64,000 nucleotides of DNA from an uncultured Planctomycetales bacterium (GCA_964400065.1 CAYNSM010000001.1:16685-80684); one strand, 5' to 3'; positions 1 through 10,054 are shown, counted from the stretch's first letter. Made by a program: numbers and translations. Notes: generated by a model not told the origin, from the letters alone.

Positions 1-1429
1 TTCCTCCATTTTTTTCCATCGCATCGCGTGCATTAATAATCAAATTCAAAAAAACCTGCTGCAATTGATTGGCATCAGCCATAATCGCCGGCAAGCCAGA
101 CGACAATTGCTGTTTGATTTCAATGTGCGTTTTTTTAATGTGAAATTTCGCAATCAGAAGAGCTGCTTCAATGGCCTTATTGACATCCATCGCCACCATT
201 TCTTCTTTTTTACGGCGGCCAAATTGCAAAAGAGTTTGAACGATCGCCTGGCAACGATGGGCTTCACTCTCGACAATACCCGCAAATTCGGCACATTCTT
301 TTATTTTGTGTGCATCCAAGTTCTCTTTCCCCAGCTGTCCAACAATCAACTGCGAATATCCCAAAATACTCGTCATCGGATTATTGATCTCATGCGCAAC
401 CCCGCCGGCTAATTGGCCTAAGGCGGATAATTTTTCGGACTCAATCAATTGGGCTTGCTGTTGTTTGAGCTCCTCATTGACTTTATGCAAATTGTCAAAC
501 AGCTGCGAATTTTCGATAGCCACCGCCGCCTGATGAGAAATCGCGGTTAGCATTTCAAGATCTTCGCGAACAAAGCTGGCGACCTTGCCTTTTGTGTCGA
601 CGTAGAGAATTCCTAAAATCCGATCCTTGATTTTTATGGGAACACACATCGTTGAGCGGATCCCCTGGATGACAATGCTCTGTGCTTGTTTAAAACGCTC
701 ATCTAACCCCGCATCCGAAATCAAAAGCGATTCGCCGCTGTGCATAACTTGTTGGGCAATGGTTTGTGACAAAGAAATCTCTTCGCTTTCATCAACTCCC
801 GGCCTTCGATAAACAGCTTGTAGAATCAGTTGCTGAGTTTCCTCATCTTTCAACATAATAAATCCACGGTCCGCTTTAATCACATTTAAAACAGATTCCA
901 ATATCCGAAACGAAAGTTTTTTAAGGTCGACAACAACACCCAAATCAAGGCTGATCCGATAAACCGTCAATAACCTCTGGTATAATTCCAACAAAGATTT
1001 TGGATCGGCGGGAAAATCTTTTTTTTCAAAACTGCCCGACGCAGTTGAAAGCGACATCACCACATTGCTTTTAGACACATTCTCCTGCGCTGAAAGCAAC
1101 CGCACCTGAGTCAATCCGTCCGTTTGGCGATCTTCGGGTGCGTTGAGTTGCAAAAATTCAATGACCGTTGCCCCCAACATGATTTGATCGCAAAATTGCA
1201 ACTTCCCTTTACGCACGGTCTGGCCGTTGACAAACGTGCCGTTGACAGACCCCAAGTCTTCAATCCACCACTCCCCAGCTTGAGAAAAAATCGATGCATG
1301 CCGTCGAGAAACACGCCTGTCAGGAATCACAACCGTGTTAGACGGATCGCGACCAAGCTCTAATTTTTGATCACCAACCCGGATCACAGAACCTTTTCGT
1401 TCCCCATTTTTTATCAATAACTTTGGCAT
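1..1429 (-). CDS. FHA-GAF sensor histidine kinase, 3'-truncated at window edge
   Basis: Hand translation of the minus strand from ATG at 1429 gives MPKLLIKNGERKGSVIRVGDQKLELGRDPSNTVVIPDRRVSRRHASIF...GEWWIEDLGSVNGTFVNGQ, an FHA fold. A GAF-like middle region follows, then a HisKA H-box (LSALGQLAGGVAHEINNPMTSILGYSQL) near 300-470. The frame stays open to position 1. It is absent from the ORF track because no stop lies in the window. Confidence 0.7.
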   Translation of the reverse strand, partial: MPKLLIKNGERKGSVIRVGDQKLELGRDPSNTVVIPDRRVSRRHASIFSQAGEWWIEDLGSVNGTFVNGQTVRKGKLQFCDQIMLGATVIEFLQLNAPEDRQTDGLTQVRLLSAQENVSKSNVVMSLSTASGSFEKKDFPADPKSLLELYQRLLTVYRISLDLGVVVDLKKLSFRILESVLNVIKADRGFIMLKDEETQQLILQAVYRRPGVDESEEISLSQTIAQQVMHSGESLLISDAGLDERFKQAQSIVIQGIRSTMCVPIKIKDRILGILYVDTKGKVASFVREDLEMLTAISHQAAVAIENSQLFDNLHKVNEELKQQQAQLIESEKLSALGQLAGGVAHEINNPMTSILGYSQLIVGQLGKENLDAHKIKECAEFAGIVESEAHRCQAIVQTLLQFGRRKKEEMVAMDVNKAIEAALLIAKFHIKKTHIEIKQQLSSGLPAIMADANQLQQVFLNLIINARDAMEKNGG

Positions 1430-1465
1430 AGATCCATTTGACCTGTTGATAGATGAAACTCAACC

Positions 1466-2854
1466 TTAATTCTTAGTCGCTGTTAATTGTTCAATATGCT
1501 GCTGTGCGATTTTGATTTGGGCCGCATCGTTTTCGTATTTTAATAAATCTTTCCAAGCCTTTATAGCCTTTTTGTAATCATTTTTCTTTTCATAAATTAA
1601 AGCTAATTGTTTGTAATACACCGGCTCATCCGCTCTTAATTGCAGGGCCTTTTGAATCTCAGAAATCGCTTCATCGGACAATCCCTGACGAGCAAAAGAT
1701 TGTCCCTGATCAAAATGCGCTTGGGCCTGTTCTAGAAGTGTTAAGGTAATATTCGTTTCTTTTACCAAATCCCTTTGCCCAACCGTTACGGCAAATTTAT
1801 TCCACGGCACTTTTTTAAAAATGTCGGTCGCCTTGTCCCGATAAAAATAAATAAGTGCTGCGCAAACCACAAGGGCAAACATTTTTCCCCAAGCTAGGCC
1901 TTTGGCCTTTTGGGGCCGGCCAGCAGCGTTGGGCCTCGAAAAAATGGGTGCCTTTTGGGTAAGATCGGTTTGAGTTGCGCTTTGAGCGTGATCATCTTCT
2001 TTCGATAACTTCTGCAAATCATTTTTTAAATCCTGCGCACAAGAATAACGGTTCACAAGATTTTTAGCCATCGCCTTGTTGATCATCGATTCTAATTCGA
2101 ACGGAACTTGCGGCCTAAGTGCAGAAATCGCCAAGGCAGCTTGTGTTTGATGTTTGTGCAACAACTCCTGCAACGTGTCGGCTTCAAAAGCAAGACGGCC
2201 GGTGACCATTTCATACATCGTAATCCCCAGAGAATAAATATCTGTGCGGCTATCTACCCCTTCCCCTGTAATTTGCTCAGGCGACATATACTCTGCGGTG
2301 CCCAAAGAAGAACCTTCGACCGTGACACTTGTGCGTCCTAAAATTTTGACCAAACCATAATCCATCAACTTAACTCGTCCGTCGGGCAAAATCATAATAT
2401 TGCCCGGCTTGATATCGCGATGAATCATTCCCCTCTGATGCATATGCGCTAGCGCATCAGCAACACAAACGCTTATTTTAATGACGCGTTCAATCGGCAG
2501 CGGCCCTTTGGCTGTAATCAAATTCTTAAGATTATCGCCTTCAACAAATTCCATGACGAGAAAATGTTTCCCCTCTTGCATCCCTGACTCATAAACTTCA
2601 ATCATATTAGGATGTTTTAACTGGGTCATCGCCTGCGCTTCACGATGAAAACGCTCAACCGTCACGCGATCAACCATCATGGGGGGAAGGACTTTGATGG
2701 CCACCGTTTTTTGCGTCGCTGGATTTAAGGCCTTATAAATAATGCCCATCCCGCCTTTGGCAATCTCGCGGACAATCTTATATTGTCCTAATGTATTTTC
2801 CATAGCTGCATCCTCTGCAAAATTATTTATGTCCCTTCCAATAATTAACCGCAA
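1466..2854 (-). CDS. Hanks-type Ser/Thr protein kinase with TM segment and C-terminal TPR repeats
   Basis: GxGxxG loop (IAKGGMGIIYKA), VAIK lysine, HRDIKPGNIM catalytic loop and DYG motif. A hydrophobic segment (LAWGKMFALVVCAALIYFY) is followed by TPR-like repeats. The true start may be the internal MENTLGQ at about 2803. Confidence 0.85.
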   Translation of the reverse strand: MRLIIGRDINNFAEDAAMENTLGQYKIVREIAKGGMGIIYKALNPATQKTVAIKVLPPMMVDRVTVERFHREAQAMTQLKHPNMIEVYESGMQEGKHFLVMEFVEGDNLKNLITAKGPLPIERVIKISVCVADALAHMHQRGMIHRDIKPGNIMILPDGRVKLMDYGLVKILGRTSVTVEGSSLGTAEYMSPEQITGEGVDSRTDIYSLGITMYEMVTGRLAFEADTLQELLHKHQTQAALAISALRPQVPFELESMINKAMAKNLVNRYSCAQDLKNDLQKLSKEDDHAQSATQTDLTQKAPIFSRPNAAGRPQKAKGLAWGKMFALVVCAALIYFYRDKATDIFKKVPWNKFAVTVGQRDLVKETNITLTLLEQAQAHFDQGQSFARQGLSDEAISEIQKALQLRADEPVYYKQLALIYEKKNDYKKAIKAWKDLLKYENDAAQIKIAQQHIEQLTATKN

Positions 2855-3860
2855 GTCCAGCGCCCGCTCCAGTAAAATACGGCGGATTTAGAGACGAGCC
2901 AAAAGTAAACTGGTCAAATGTCGTATTCGTTAAATTAATATCTCTGCCCGCCACCAAAGCACCTGCAAAAATTCGTGTAGGCCCTGTCAATGATGAAAGG
3001 GAAATATCTTGACCTGCATACACTACCCCATAGATTGTAGGTTTCCATGTTGAAGTCATCCCTATACTGCCGCCGACGACAATAGCCGGATAATTGCCCG
3101 CCGGTTGGATCGTAAAACTTCCCGTGCAGGCAGAAATATTTAACGCCCCGCTAACAATAAGACTTCCTTGCAAATTAAAATTATTAACTCCGGCAATCGT
3201 TAAATTTCCATTGATATAATAACTGCCATTCCCATCCGGAGGCTGGCCATTCCACATATATGAATTTAAAACTGGATAAACATGGTCCGCACTTGCCTTA
3301 TAACTTGGCAAACTTACCGTAGGTGTAATCAAAGTGCTCGTATTAGGCCTCGGCAATCCACCGGTTAATAATGGGGAAAGGCTAATCGTGCCGCTAGCAT
3401 ACAAAAAACCTGTGACCGTCCCATTATTCCCAGTAGTTGCAACAATATTGCGCCCGGCCTGCATAAAGCCAATCCATATTTTAGGTTTCACATTGGTTTC
3501 AATCGTGCGTACAATCCCCTCAACACCGGTATTACCCGTCGATGAAATAATGTTTGTCGAAGAATTATATGTTGCCGAATAATCCATACTTGCATCCCCA
3601 TCCAAATCCTGCAAAGGGATATTGCCCAAGCCGTCGGCATCTTTATCCACATTGTTGACAAGCTCGGCAATCGAATGCTGCAGCGCACTTTCTGAATAAT
3701 AAAAAGCTTTAAGCGTACTGATTTGATTTCGGGCAATCATAAGTTGAGTTCTGGCCATCATCAAATACCCCAAGCCTAAGTTTAAAAACAAAACCATCAA
3801 GACAATTGCCGTAACAAAAGCCACTCCACTGTTATTTATTTTTTTCATTTGTCCCGTCAC
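2823..3860 (-). CDS. PilX-N-like large minor pilin / pilus assembly protein
   Basis: N-terminal hydrophobic helix followed by a YYSESALQ-type PilX_N signature. Gly/Thr/Asn-rich beta-rich C-terminal region. It is the last gene of the pilin block. Confidence 0.5.
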   Translation of the reverse strand: MTGQMKKINNSGVAFVTAIVLMVLFLNLGLGYLMMARTQLMIARNQISTLKAFYYSESALQHSIAELVNNVDKDADGLGNIPLQDLDGDASMDYSATYNSSTNIISSTGNTGVEGIVRTIETNVKPKIWIGFMQAGRNIVATTGNNGTVTGFLYASGTISLSPLLTGGLPRPNTSTLITPTVSLPSYKASADHVYPVLNSYMWNGQPPDGNGSYYINGNLTIAGVNNFNLQGSLIVSGALNISACTGSFTIQPAGNYPAIVVGGSIGMTSTWKPTIYGVVYAGQDISLSSLTGPTRIFAGALVAGRDINLTNTTFDQFTFGSSLNPPYFTGAGAGLAVNYWKGHK

Positions 3861-4411
3861 TTGTCTCGAAAATTTGCCATCGTAGAAACAATCACCGTTT
3901 TAGAATGCAAATCCTGCATACTCATCGCAACCTTAAGCCCGACGGCTAAGGACAAAGGGTCAAGCGTATCCAAGGGGACAACGTTAAACCCAGCATCAAG
4001 CTTGACCGGAGTAACACTATAAAATTTTGCAATAACCCCGCCGGGCAAAGCATCACCTGCCGCAATTTGCTTTGTCCCTGCGTTGACAGAACGCTCAATC
4101 GTGTTGCCCACAACTTCATAACGGATCGTTTCTGTCGTCGTATTATCCGAATCGACCAAAACCTTGGTTGTAAACTCAACACCAAGCAAATTGGCCTGCG
4201 TTAAACCTGTCGCATAACGCAATTCCGAACTTAAACGCGCCATAGCCGTCCGTGCATGTTGCAAAAGTTCGCTTTGCTGATTACTGACATTCCAGCTTGA
4301 TTTTCCCACTTTGAAAACTAGCAAAAGCGAACCTAACAGAAGGGCGCTGATCGCAACGGCCAAAGTGGCTTCCAAAAGAGTAAATCCTTTGATATTACGC
4401 ACCCGAGTCAC
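3857..4411 (-). CDS. prepilin-type minor pilin (PilW-like)
   Basis: Class III signal KGFTLLEATLAVAISALLLG (G|FTLLE cleavage/methylation motif). 4-nt overlap with the downstream gene. Confidence 0.7.
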   Translation of the reverse strand: MTRVRNIKGFTLLEATLAVAISALLLGSLLLVFKVGKSSWNVSNQQSELLQHARTAMARLSSELRYATGLTQANLLGVEFTTKVLVDSDNTTTETIRYEVVGNTIERSVNAGTKQIAAGDALPGGVIAKFYSVTPVKLDAGFNVVPLDTLDPLSLAVGLKVAMSMQDLHSKTVIVSTMANFRDK

Positions 4412-4426
4412 TTCTTTGGGCCTTTC

Positions 4427-4804
4427 TTATTGTTTGTCCCCAACCAAAAAATCAATCTGTTCTGTCTTATTAACCCCCACACCCGACGGATAAATACAGC
4501 TGACGTGCACCTTCTTTAAATACGGATTACCCAAATACGGCACCGTTTGGGTCGCACTCAATTTATATTTCCCAAAGCCTGTAATTACCTGATCTGTCAC
4601 AGTGATATTTTTTGTAAAAGGCTGACAGCGGATCTCTTCGATCTTATATTGAAGCAGATTGGTAACAGCTAAATCTTCCTCAACAAGAAAATTCATCTGT
4701 CCTCCAAAAGAATACAGATTCATAATCGATACCGCCATCACGCCTGTGACAACAACCGCGGCAAGAAGCTCGATTAAACTAAAACCTTTCTGTTTCTTTT
4801 TCAT
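4427..4804 (-). CDS. prepilin-type minor pilin (PilV-like)
   Basis: KGFSLIELLAAVVVTGVMAV prepilin N-terminus. Confidence 0.7.
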   Translation of the reverse strand: MKKKQKGFSLIELLAAVVVTGVMAVSIMNLYSFGGQMNFLVEEDLAVTNLLQYKIEEIRCQPFTKNITVTDQVITGFGKYKLSATQTVPYLGNPYLKKVHVSCIYPSGVGVNKTEQIDFLVGDKQ

Positions 4805-5256
4805 GGGAACACCGATAATTGCCCAGTGACAGCCGAAATTTGGATATATTTTGAAGCCATCGTTTTTTCATGCCGCAACATAATCATTCCAGCTTCCGAC
4901 GGAGATCCAAATTGATCAAAATCCACCGACCCTGGGTTAATGATAAATGTCGTATTTATTACACTAACATTGTTTTGATATCCATTGGTTTCCTGAAGAA
5001 CAAAACTGACCCCATCGAACTTCTTGAGCGTATAAACCTTACCCGGAATATCCCAAGTCATCCGATAAGTAGCCTGTTTGGCAATCGCCAAATTCTGCGC
5101 TTGCCTGATTTTGGCTTTGAGTTTATTAATTTCAATATCCAAATCCCAAACATTCATTAGGCTGACCATTTTGGGGATAATGATCATCATCCCTATGGCA
5201 AGGATGCCTAAGACCATCGCCATTTCCAGTAAAGTGTACCCTTTAGAAACCTTCAT
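4801..5256 (-). CDS. GspH/FimT-like pseudopilin
   Basis: KGYTLLEMAMVLGILAIG prepilin N-terminus and GspH-like size. 4-nt overlap with the upstream pilin gene. Confidence 0.65.
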   Translation of the reverse strand: MKVSKGYTLLEMAMVLGILAIGMMIIIPKMVSLMNVWDLDIEINKLKAKIRQAQNLAIAKQATYRMTWDIPGKVYTLKKFDGVSFVLQETNGYQNNVSVINTTFIINPGSVDFDQFGSPSEAGMIMLRHEKTMASKYIQISAVTGQLSVFP

Positions 5257-5317
5257 TTTAAAATCCCCACTTCATAACGCCGTGTGCAAATTTTTTTTAC
5301 CGACTTGCACCTCACGT

Positions 5318-5722
5318 TTAATATGTCGAATAAAGAACACCCGTGGCATCTGTTCCCGTCAAGTTTGGAATAATCGTATGCGTCGGTAAATCATAAAACC
5401 ATCCGCCCGTATTCGTCGAAACATTGGTAACCGAATTTTTGTGGGTGATCTCTTCGGAAGGCAGCTTGCCCAAATATATTTTACCGCTAGGGGCTGTCCC
5501 TAGATAAAGTTCAGATAAGTTGCCGACAGGCCATGTGCCTTCAACCTCATAATAAAAAGCTATCGCCGTGCGGATACTTTCTAAGTTTGCTTTAGTCACA
5601 TTGATCGCGGTTCTTTTTCTCTGCGAATCATACCGCATGACAACCAGAGAAGACAAAAGCCCGACGATAAAGACAACCATGATGACTTCCATCAGCGTAT
5701 ATCCTTTTTTCATCACTGACAT
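5318..5722 (-). CDS. major (pseudo)pilin, GspG/PilA-like
   Basis: KKGYTLMEVIMVVFIVGLLSSLVV prepilin N-terminus. 134 aa. It is the first pilin after pilC. Confidence 0.75.
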   Translation of the reverse strand: MSVMKKGYTLMEVIMVVFIVGLLSSLVVMRYDSQRKRTAINVTKANLESIRTAIAFYYEVEGTWPVGNLSELYLGTAPSGKIYLGKLPSEEITHKNSVTNVSTNTGGWFYDLPTHTIIPNLTGTDATGVLYSTY

Positions 5723-5744
5723 CGGCTAAAGCCTTTCTTTATCG

Positions 5745-6962
5745 TCAACGAATCGTTTGCAGCAAACTCGACAAGGGCAAAAAAATCGATGTTGTAATAA
5801 AGCCAATAATTCCAGCCATAATCACCATCAAGGTCGGCTCAATCATTTTTGTAAAATATTCGACAGCATTATTAACATCCTTGAAATAAAATTCGCCGAT
5901 TTTATCGAGCATGTTGCTCAAGGAGCCGGTTTCCTCGCCGACACGAATCATGTTAATCAGCATGTCAGGAAACATCCGGCTTTCTTCCAAAGGCTGGGCG
6001 ATCGGTTTGCCTTGTTCAACAAACGAAGAAACTTTTTTGAGCACTTTGACAATAGCTTTATTGCCAATGGTATCTGTGACGACATCCAAAGCCGAAAGAA
6101 TCGGGATTCCAGCACTGACTAAGGTCGACAACGTTTGCGTAAACTGAACCGTCACGGATTTGTTAATCAACCCCCCGATGACAGGAAGCTTTAATTTCAA
6201 CAGATCAAATTGATACCCGCCCTGATCCGTGTTAACAACGACCCACCCCAAAGTGCACAATCCAAGTGCTGCGCCGATAAATATCAACCAATATGTCCTT
6301 AACATCGCGCTAAAACTCAAAAGCATCTGTGTGGGCACAGGCAGGCTCACCCCTATTTCCTTAAAAATGCTGGAGAACTGAGGCAGAACAAACATCACCA
6401 AAAACATGATAACGGCACAAGAGACTGTCAATAGCAGCGCTGGATAAATCATTGCAGATTTTATTTTGGAACTGATTTCAGCTTGACGTTCATAATAGAT
6501 GGCCAGCCTTTTTAACATTTCGTCTAAAACTCCGCCAACCTCGCCAGCATTGACCATCTGCACATAAAACCTTGAAAAAACTTTCGGGCTTTCTTTAAGG
6601 GCATCAGAAAACGTCGAACCTGCTTCAACACGGCTATAAACCCGGCTTAAAGCTGTTTTTAAAACTTCGTTTTTTGTCTGGTTGATGATGATCGTTAAAC
6701 TGTTACTCAATGTCAGGCCAGCATTTAACAACGTAAAAAACTGCCAGCTGATAAGCGCTAAATCTGTATAACTGGCATGCCCCAAACCAAAAGAAATCGA
6801 TTTAAACAAAAACTCTTTTTTACTCGTAAGCCGGCTATAGTCAATAATAAAATATTCCCGCTCGTCGAGCTTACGGCGCAAATCACGTTCATCAGCGGCT
6901 TCCATCTGGCCGTTGTGAATTGTTGCAGCTTTATCTCGCACTTTGTAAGAATACATCGGCAT
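5745..6962 (-). CDS. pilC: type IV pilus / T2SS inner-membrane platform protein PilC/GspF
   Basis: 405 aa with two GspF-type repeats and three TM segments. Positioned between the ATPase and pilin genes. Confidence 0.9.
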   Translation of the reverse strand: MPMYSYKVRDKAATIHNGQMEAADERDLRRKLDEREYFIIDYSRLTSKKEFLFKSISFGLGHASYTDLALISWQFFTLLNAGLTLSNSLTIIINQTKNEVLKTALSRVYSRVEAGSTFSDALKESPKVFSRFYVQMVNAGEVGGVLDEMLKRLAIYYERQAEISSKIKSAMIYPALLLTVSCAVIMFLVMFVLPQFSSIFKEIGVSLPVPTQMLLSFSAMLRTYWLIFIGAALGLCTLGWVVVNTDQGGYQFDLLKLKLPVIGGLINKSVTVQFTQTLSTLVSAGIPILSALDVVTDTIGNKAIVKVLKKVSSFVEQGKPIAQPLEESRMFPDMLINMIRVGEETGSLSNMLDKIGEFYFKDVNNAVEYFTKMIEPTLMVIMAGIIGFITTSIFLPLSSLLQTIR

Positions 6963-6968
6963 AAAATA

Positions 6969-8687
6969 TTATTCCCCCTCCAAGAAAGTAACCCGCTTAA
7001 GCTCCTCAATGGTTGTCTGTCCTTGCATGACTTTTTCTAACCCGTCATCCCACAAAAATTTCATCCCTGATTTTTGCGATGCACTGCGCAGTGCATCGAC
7101 CGACTTTCCCTCATGAATCAGTTGCCGCAACTCTTTGTCGACGACCATCAGTTCAAAAAGACCTGTGCGGCCGCGAAAACCCGTCTGACCGCAATCTTCA
7201 CATCCTTTTCCACGATAAAATGTCACTTCTGCCGCAGAAGCTTTGATCCCCGCAGAATCTAACTGTTCTTGACTAGGGCTATAGGCTTCTTTACATTTGT
7301 CGCAAATCGTACGCACCAAACGTTGCGCTAAAACACAACAAATCGACGAGGTCACAAGATAGGAAGCGATCCCCATGTCAATTAACCGTATAATCGAACT
7401 AGAAGCATCATTCGTGTGCAACGTGCTAAACACCAAATGTCCCGTCAGCGCAGCACGCACCGCAACATCCGCCGTTTCCAAATCGCGCATCTCGCCTACC
7501 ATAATGACATCCGGGTCTTGACGCAAAATCGAACGCAACCCCTTTGCAAACGTGATGCCGGCCTTGTTGTTGACCGGAATCTGATTGACCCCTTCAAGGT
7601 CATATTCCACAGGCTCTTCAATGGTGATGATATTTTTGTCGGGAGAATTAAGCGTTTGTAAAGCCAAGTAAAGCGTCGTTGTTTTGCCGCTTCCCGTGGG
7701 ACCCGTAACCAAAATAATGCCGTAAGGACGATTGATCAGCTCGCTAAAACGCTCCAGACAGCTTTTGCTTAAGCCGCAATCCATAAGGCCCATTTTAATA
7801 AACGATTTGTCCAATAAGCGCATGACCAGTTTTTCGCCATAAATTGTCGGGACTGAAGAAATTCGCACATCGATATTTTTGTTTTCGACGCGGATTTTAA
7901 AACGACCGTCCTGCGCCTGGCGCTTGATGGAAATATCCATCTCCGCCATGATCTTAATACGTGAAATAATCGGCGCCTGCAGCCGTTTGGGCGGCGACAT
8001 CGTTTCGCGCAATATGCCGTCAATCCGGTAACTGATGCGCAAACCCTTTTCATCCGGTTCGACGTGAATATCACTGGCCCGCTGCTTGATTGCCTGTGTA
8101 ATAATCGTATTGACCAGTCGTATAATCGGCGCATCGACCGCCTGAGCATCAATTTTTTCATTTTCTTCTTCACGGGTTTCTCGAATGATCTCAAGCTCTT
8201 CGGCCTCCTGAGTCATGCCCTTAACAATCTCCTCGATGTTTTCCTTTTCCTCATAAAAAATGCTTAAGGTCTTTAAAATATCTTCCTTCTTACTCAACAC
8301 CGATTCGATCTTACATTTTGTCAGTGCCTGAAGATCATCTAAAACAAAAACATCAAACGGGTCAAACATGGCGATCGTCAAAATATTTGCAGTTTTATAC
8401 AGAGGCAAAACAAAATTTTCACGGCAGGTTTTTTCGGGGACAATTTTGACGATTTGCGGATCGGTGATTTTGCTAAAAAGATCTTTAACAATCGGAATTC
8501 CCATGACCTTTGCGGTAAACTCCAAAAGTTTATCTTCACTGATAAACCCCAAGTCGACTAAAATCTGGCGCAAAAGGACCTTGGTTTCCTTATGTTTTTT
8601 TAAGGCCAACTCAAATTGCTCGGCGGTAATTAGCCCTTCTTCAACTAATCTTTCGCCAAACCTTTTGCGAATGTATGTTGGTGGCAT
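6969..8687 (-). CDS. pilB: type IV pilus / T2SS assembly ATPase PilB/GspE
   Basis: N-terminal GspE_N-like domain, Walker A GPTGSGKTTTLY, a tetracysteine motif (CDKC...CEDC) and Asp/His boxes. Confidence 0.9.
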   Translation of the reverse strand: MPPTYIRKRFGERLVEEGLITAEQFELALKKHKETKVLLRQILVDLGFISEDKLLEFTAKVMGIPIVKDLFSKITDPQIVKIVPEKTCRENFVLPLYKTANILTIAMFDPFDVFVLDDLQALTKCKIESVLSKKEDILKTLSIFYEEKENIEEIVKGMTQEAEELEIIRETREEENEKIDAQAVDAPIIRLVNTIITQAIKQRASDIHVEPDEKGLRISYRIDGILRETMSPPKRLQAPIISRIKIMAEMDISIKRQAQDGRFKIRVENKNIDVRISSVPTIYGEKLVMRLLDKSFIKMGLMDCGLSKSCLERFSELINRPYGIILVTGPTGSGKTTTLYLALQTLNSPDKNIITIEEPVEYDLEGVNQIPVNNKAGITFAKGLRSILRQDPDVIMVGEMRDLETADVAVRAALTGHLVFSTLHTNDASSSIIRLIDMGIASYLVTSSICCVLAQRLVRTICDKCKEAYSPSQEQLDSAGIKASAAEVTFYRGKGCEDCGQTGFRGRTGLFELMVVDKELRQLIHEGKSVDALRSASQKSGMKFLWDDGLEKVMQGQTTIEELKRVTFLEGE

Positions 8688-8696
8688 ACGCGAAGT

Positions 8697-9449
8697 TTAT
8701 CCTTTATCTGTTGACTCAATATCCTTGATCAGGGCAAGAAACGATTCAACATACTGCGGACTTTGCAAAATTTGATTGACCCCGGCCTGATAGCTGCTCA
8801 TCGGCACGTTTTTTCCAACCGCGTACGTATACGCCACCACAGGAACCTGACTTAAATCTCTATAACTTTTTATTTTTTTGATAATTTCCTCACCGGCGCC
8901 ATCACTTTGGCCGCATTCTAAAAGAATAAAGCGCGGTTTACGCCTTTGCGTAATTCTTTCAAACTCCGTCGAAGCATTCACTCCAACAACATCATAGTTT
9001 TTGCTAATAAGAATTTTGGTAAGCTGACGTACTGTTTCTGACGCACAATGGTCAATGAGAAATACAATTGGCCGCGGCGCAAGAGCGATAATCCGGTGGA
9101 CTTCCTCGATAAAATGATTAATAAGAAAAGGCTTGGGGATAAACCCCGCGACGTTGACATCCTTAAAAATATCTTCGAATTCGATGCGGCTCGTCAAAAC
9201 AAGGACAGGATACAAAGAATGCTCACCATCGGCCATAATGTGCCGAAAAAATTCCAGACCATTCATCTGCGGCATATTAATATCAAGAATAATCAAAGAC
9301 GGGATGATGGTTTTTAACTTCTCTAGCCCTTCTTTCCCGTTAGAGGCGACAACGACGTCATATCCGGTATCTTCAAGCTGACGTTTCATTAAACCTGCGA
9401 GATGAACATCATCATCGATAATCAGAATAGTCGGAGCATGATCCATCAT
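8697..9449 (-). CDS. response regulator: canonical REC plus C-terminal pseudo-receiver (Glu at phosphoacceptor position)
   Basis: REC1 has IIDDD, LIILDINMP, VLVLTS and KPF. The second domain has IVFLIDH...ILLECGQSDG...VVAYT...K, with E replacing the phospho-Asp. Confidence 0.8.
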   Translation of the reverse strand: MMDHAPTILIIDDDVHLAGLMKRQLEDTGYDVVVASNGKEGLEKLKTIIPSLIILDINMPQMNGLEFFRHIMADGEHSLYPVLVLTSRIEFEDIFKDVNVAGFIPKPFLINHFIEEVHRIIALAPRPIVFLIDHCASETVRQLTKILISKNYDVVGVNASTEFERITQRRKPRFILLECGQSDGAGEEIIKKIKSYRDLSQVPVVAYTYAVGKNVPMSSYQAGVNQILQSPQYVESFLALIKDIESTDKG

Positions 9450-10018
9450 TTTTCCAAAAGTTTTTCGATCTTGCCTTTTAACTGCTCAATATCAAAAGGT
9501 TTGGCCAAGCACATATTCGCGCCGACCTTCAAAATCTTCTCTTCTCCCTCGACAGCAAATGAACCGGACACCGCAATGATCTTAACGTCTTTATTGGCAG
9601 GATCTTTTCGGATATTCGCACAAACTTCATACCCGTTAAGGCCGGGCATCATAATATCCAAAACGACAAGATCCGGACGAAACGCAGAAAATTTTTGGCC
9701 GGCACTAAAACCGTCGTAAGCAACATCGAGCTGATAACGGCTGTCGACTTCAAGCGCGGCACGGACCAAATGAGCGATTTTTTGGTCATCGTCAACAATC
9801 AAAATTTTATTCTTTTGTGTTGTTCGTTCGAGGCCCGCAGGAATGGGCATATGGAATTTTTCTAAAAAATCGAGGAAATCATTGATGGCGACACGGCTAT
9901 GCTGACCCGGCGTGCGGTAGGCTTTAAGCTTGCCCTCTACTATCCACTTTAATACGGCACGATAAGTAACGTGACAGTATTGAGCGACTTCTCCGGTTGT
10001 CAAAAGTTCTTTTTTCAT
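9446..10018 (-). CDS. response regulator with N-terminal HTH (MerR/excisionase-like) and C-terminal REC
   Basis: LTTGEVAQYCHVTYRAVLKWIVEGKL helix-turn-helix is followed by ILIVDDD...LVVLDIMMPGLNG...IIAVSG...KPF receiver. 4-nt overlap with the downstream regulator. Confidence 0.75.
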   Translation of the reverse strand: MKKELLTTGEVAQYCHVTYRAVLKWIVEGKLKAYRTPGQHSRVAINDFLDFLEKFHMPIPAGLERTTQKNKILIVDDDQKIAHLVRAALEVDSRYQLDVAYDGFSAGQKFSAFRPDLVVLDIMMPGLNGYEVCANIRKDPANKDVKIIAVSGSFAVEGEEKILKVGANMCLAKPFDIEQLKGKIEKLLEK

Positions 10019-10054
10019 TCAAGTTACAATCCTTGGAATGAATATAGTATATTT

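Noticed and set aside
65-812. Plus-strand ORFs (65-412, 306-533, 627-812) at the window start
   Set aside because: They are antisense to a continuous, motif-rich minus-strand FHA-GAF-HisKA reading frame. They have no motifs or RBS and are regarded as spurious.
5757-6147. Plus-strand ORFs inside pilC, and similar antisense ORFs inside pilB, the AsmA genes, the ABC-F gene and the giant genes
   Set aside because: They are embedded antisense within long conserved coding regions and are unsupported.
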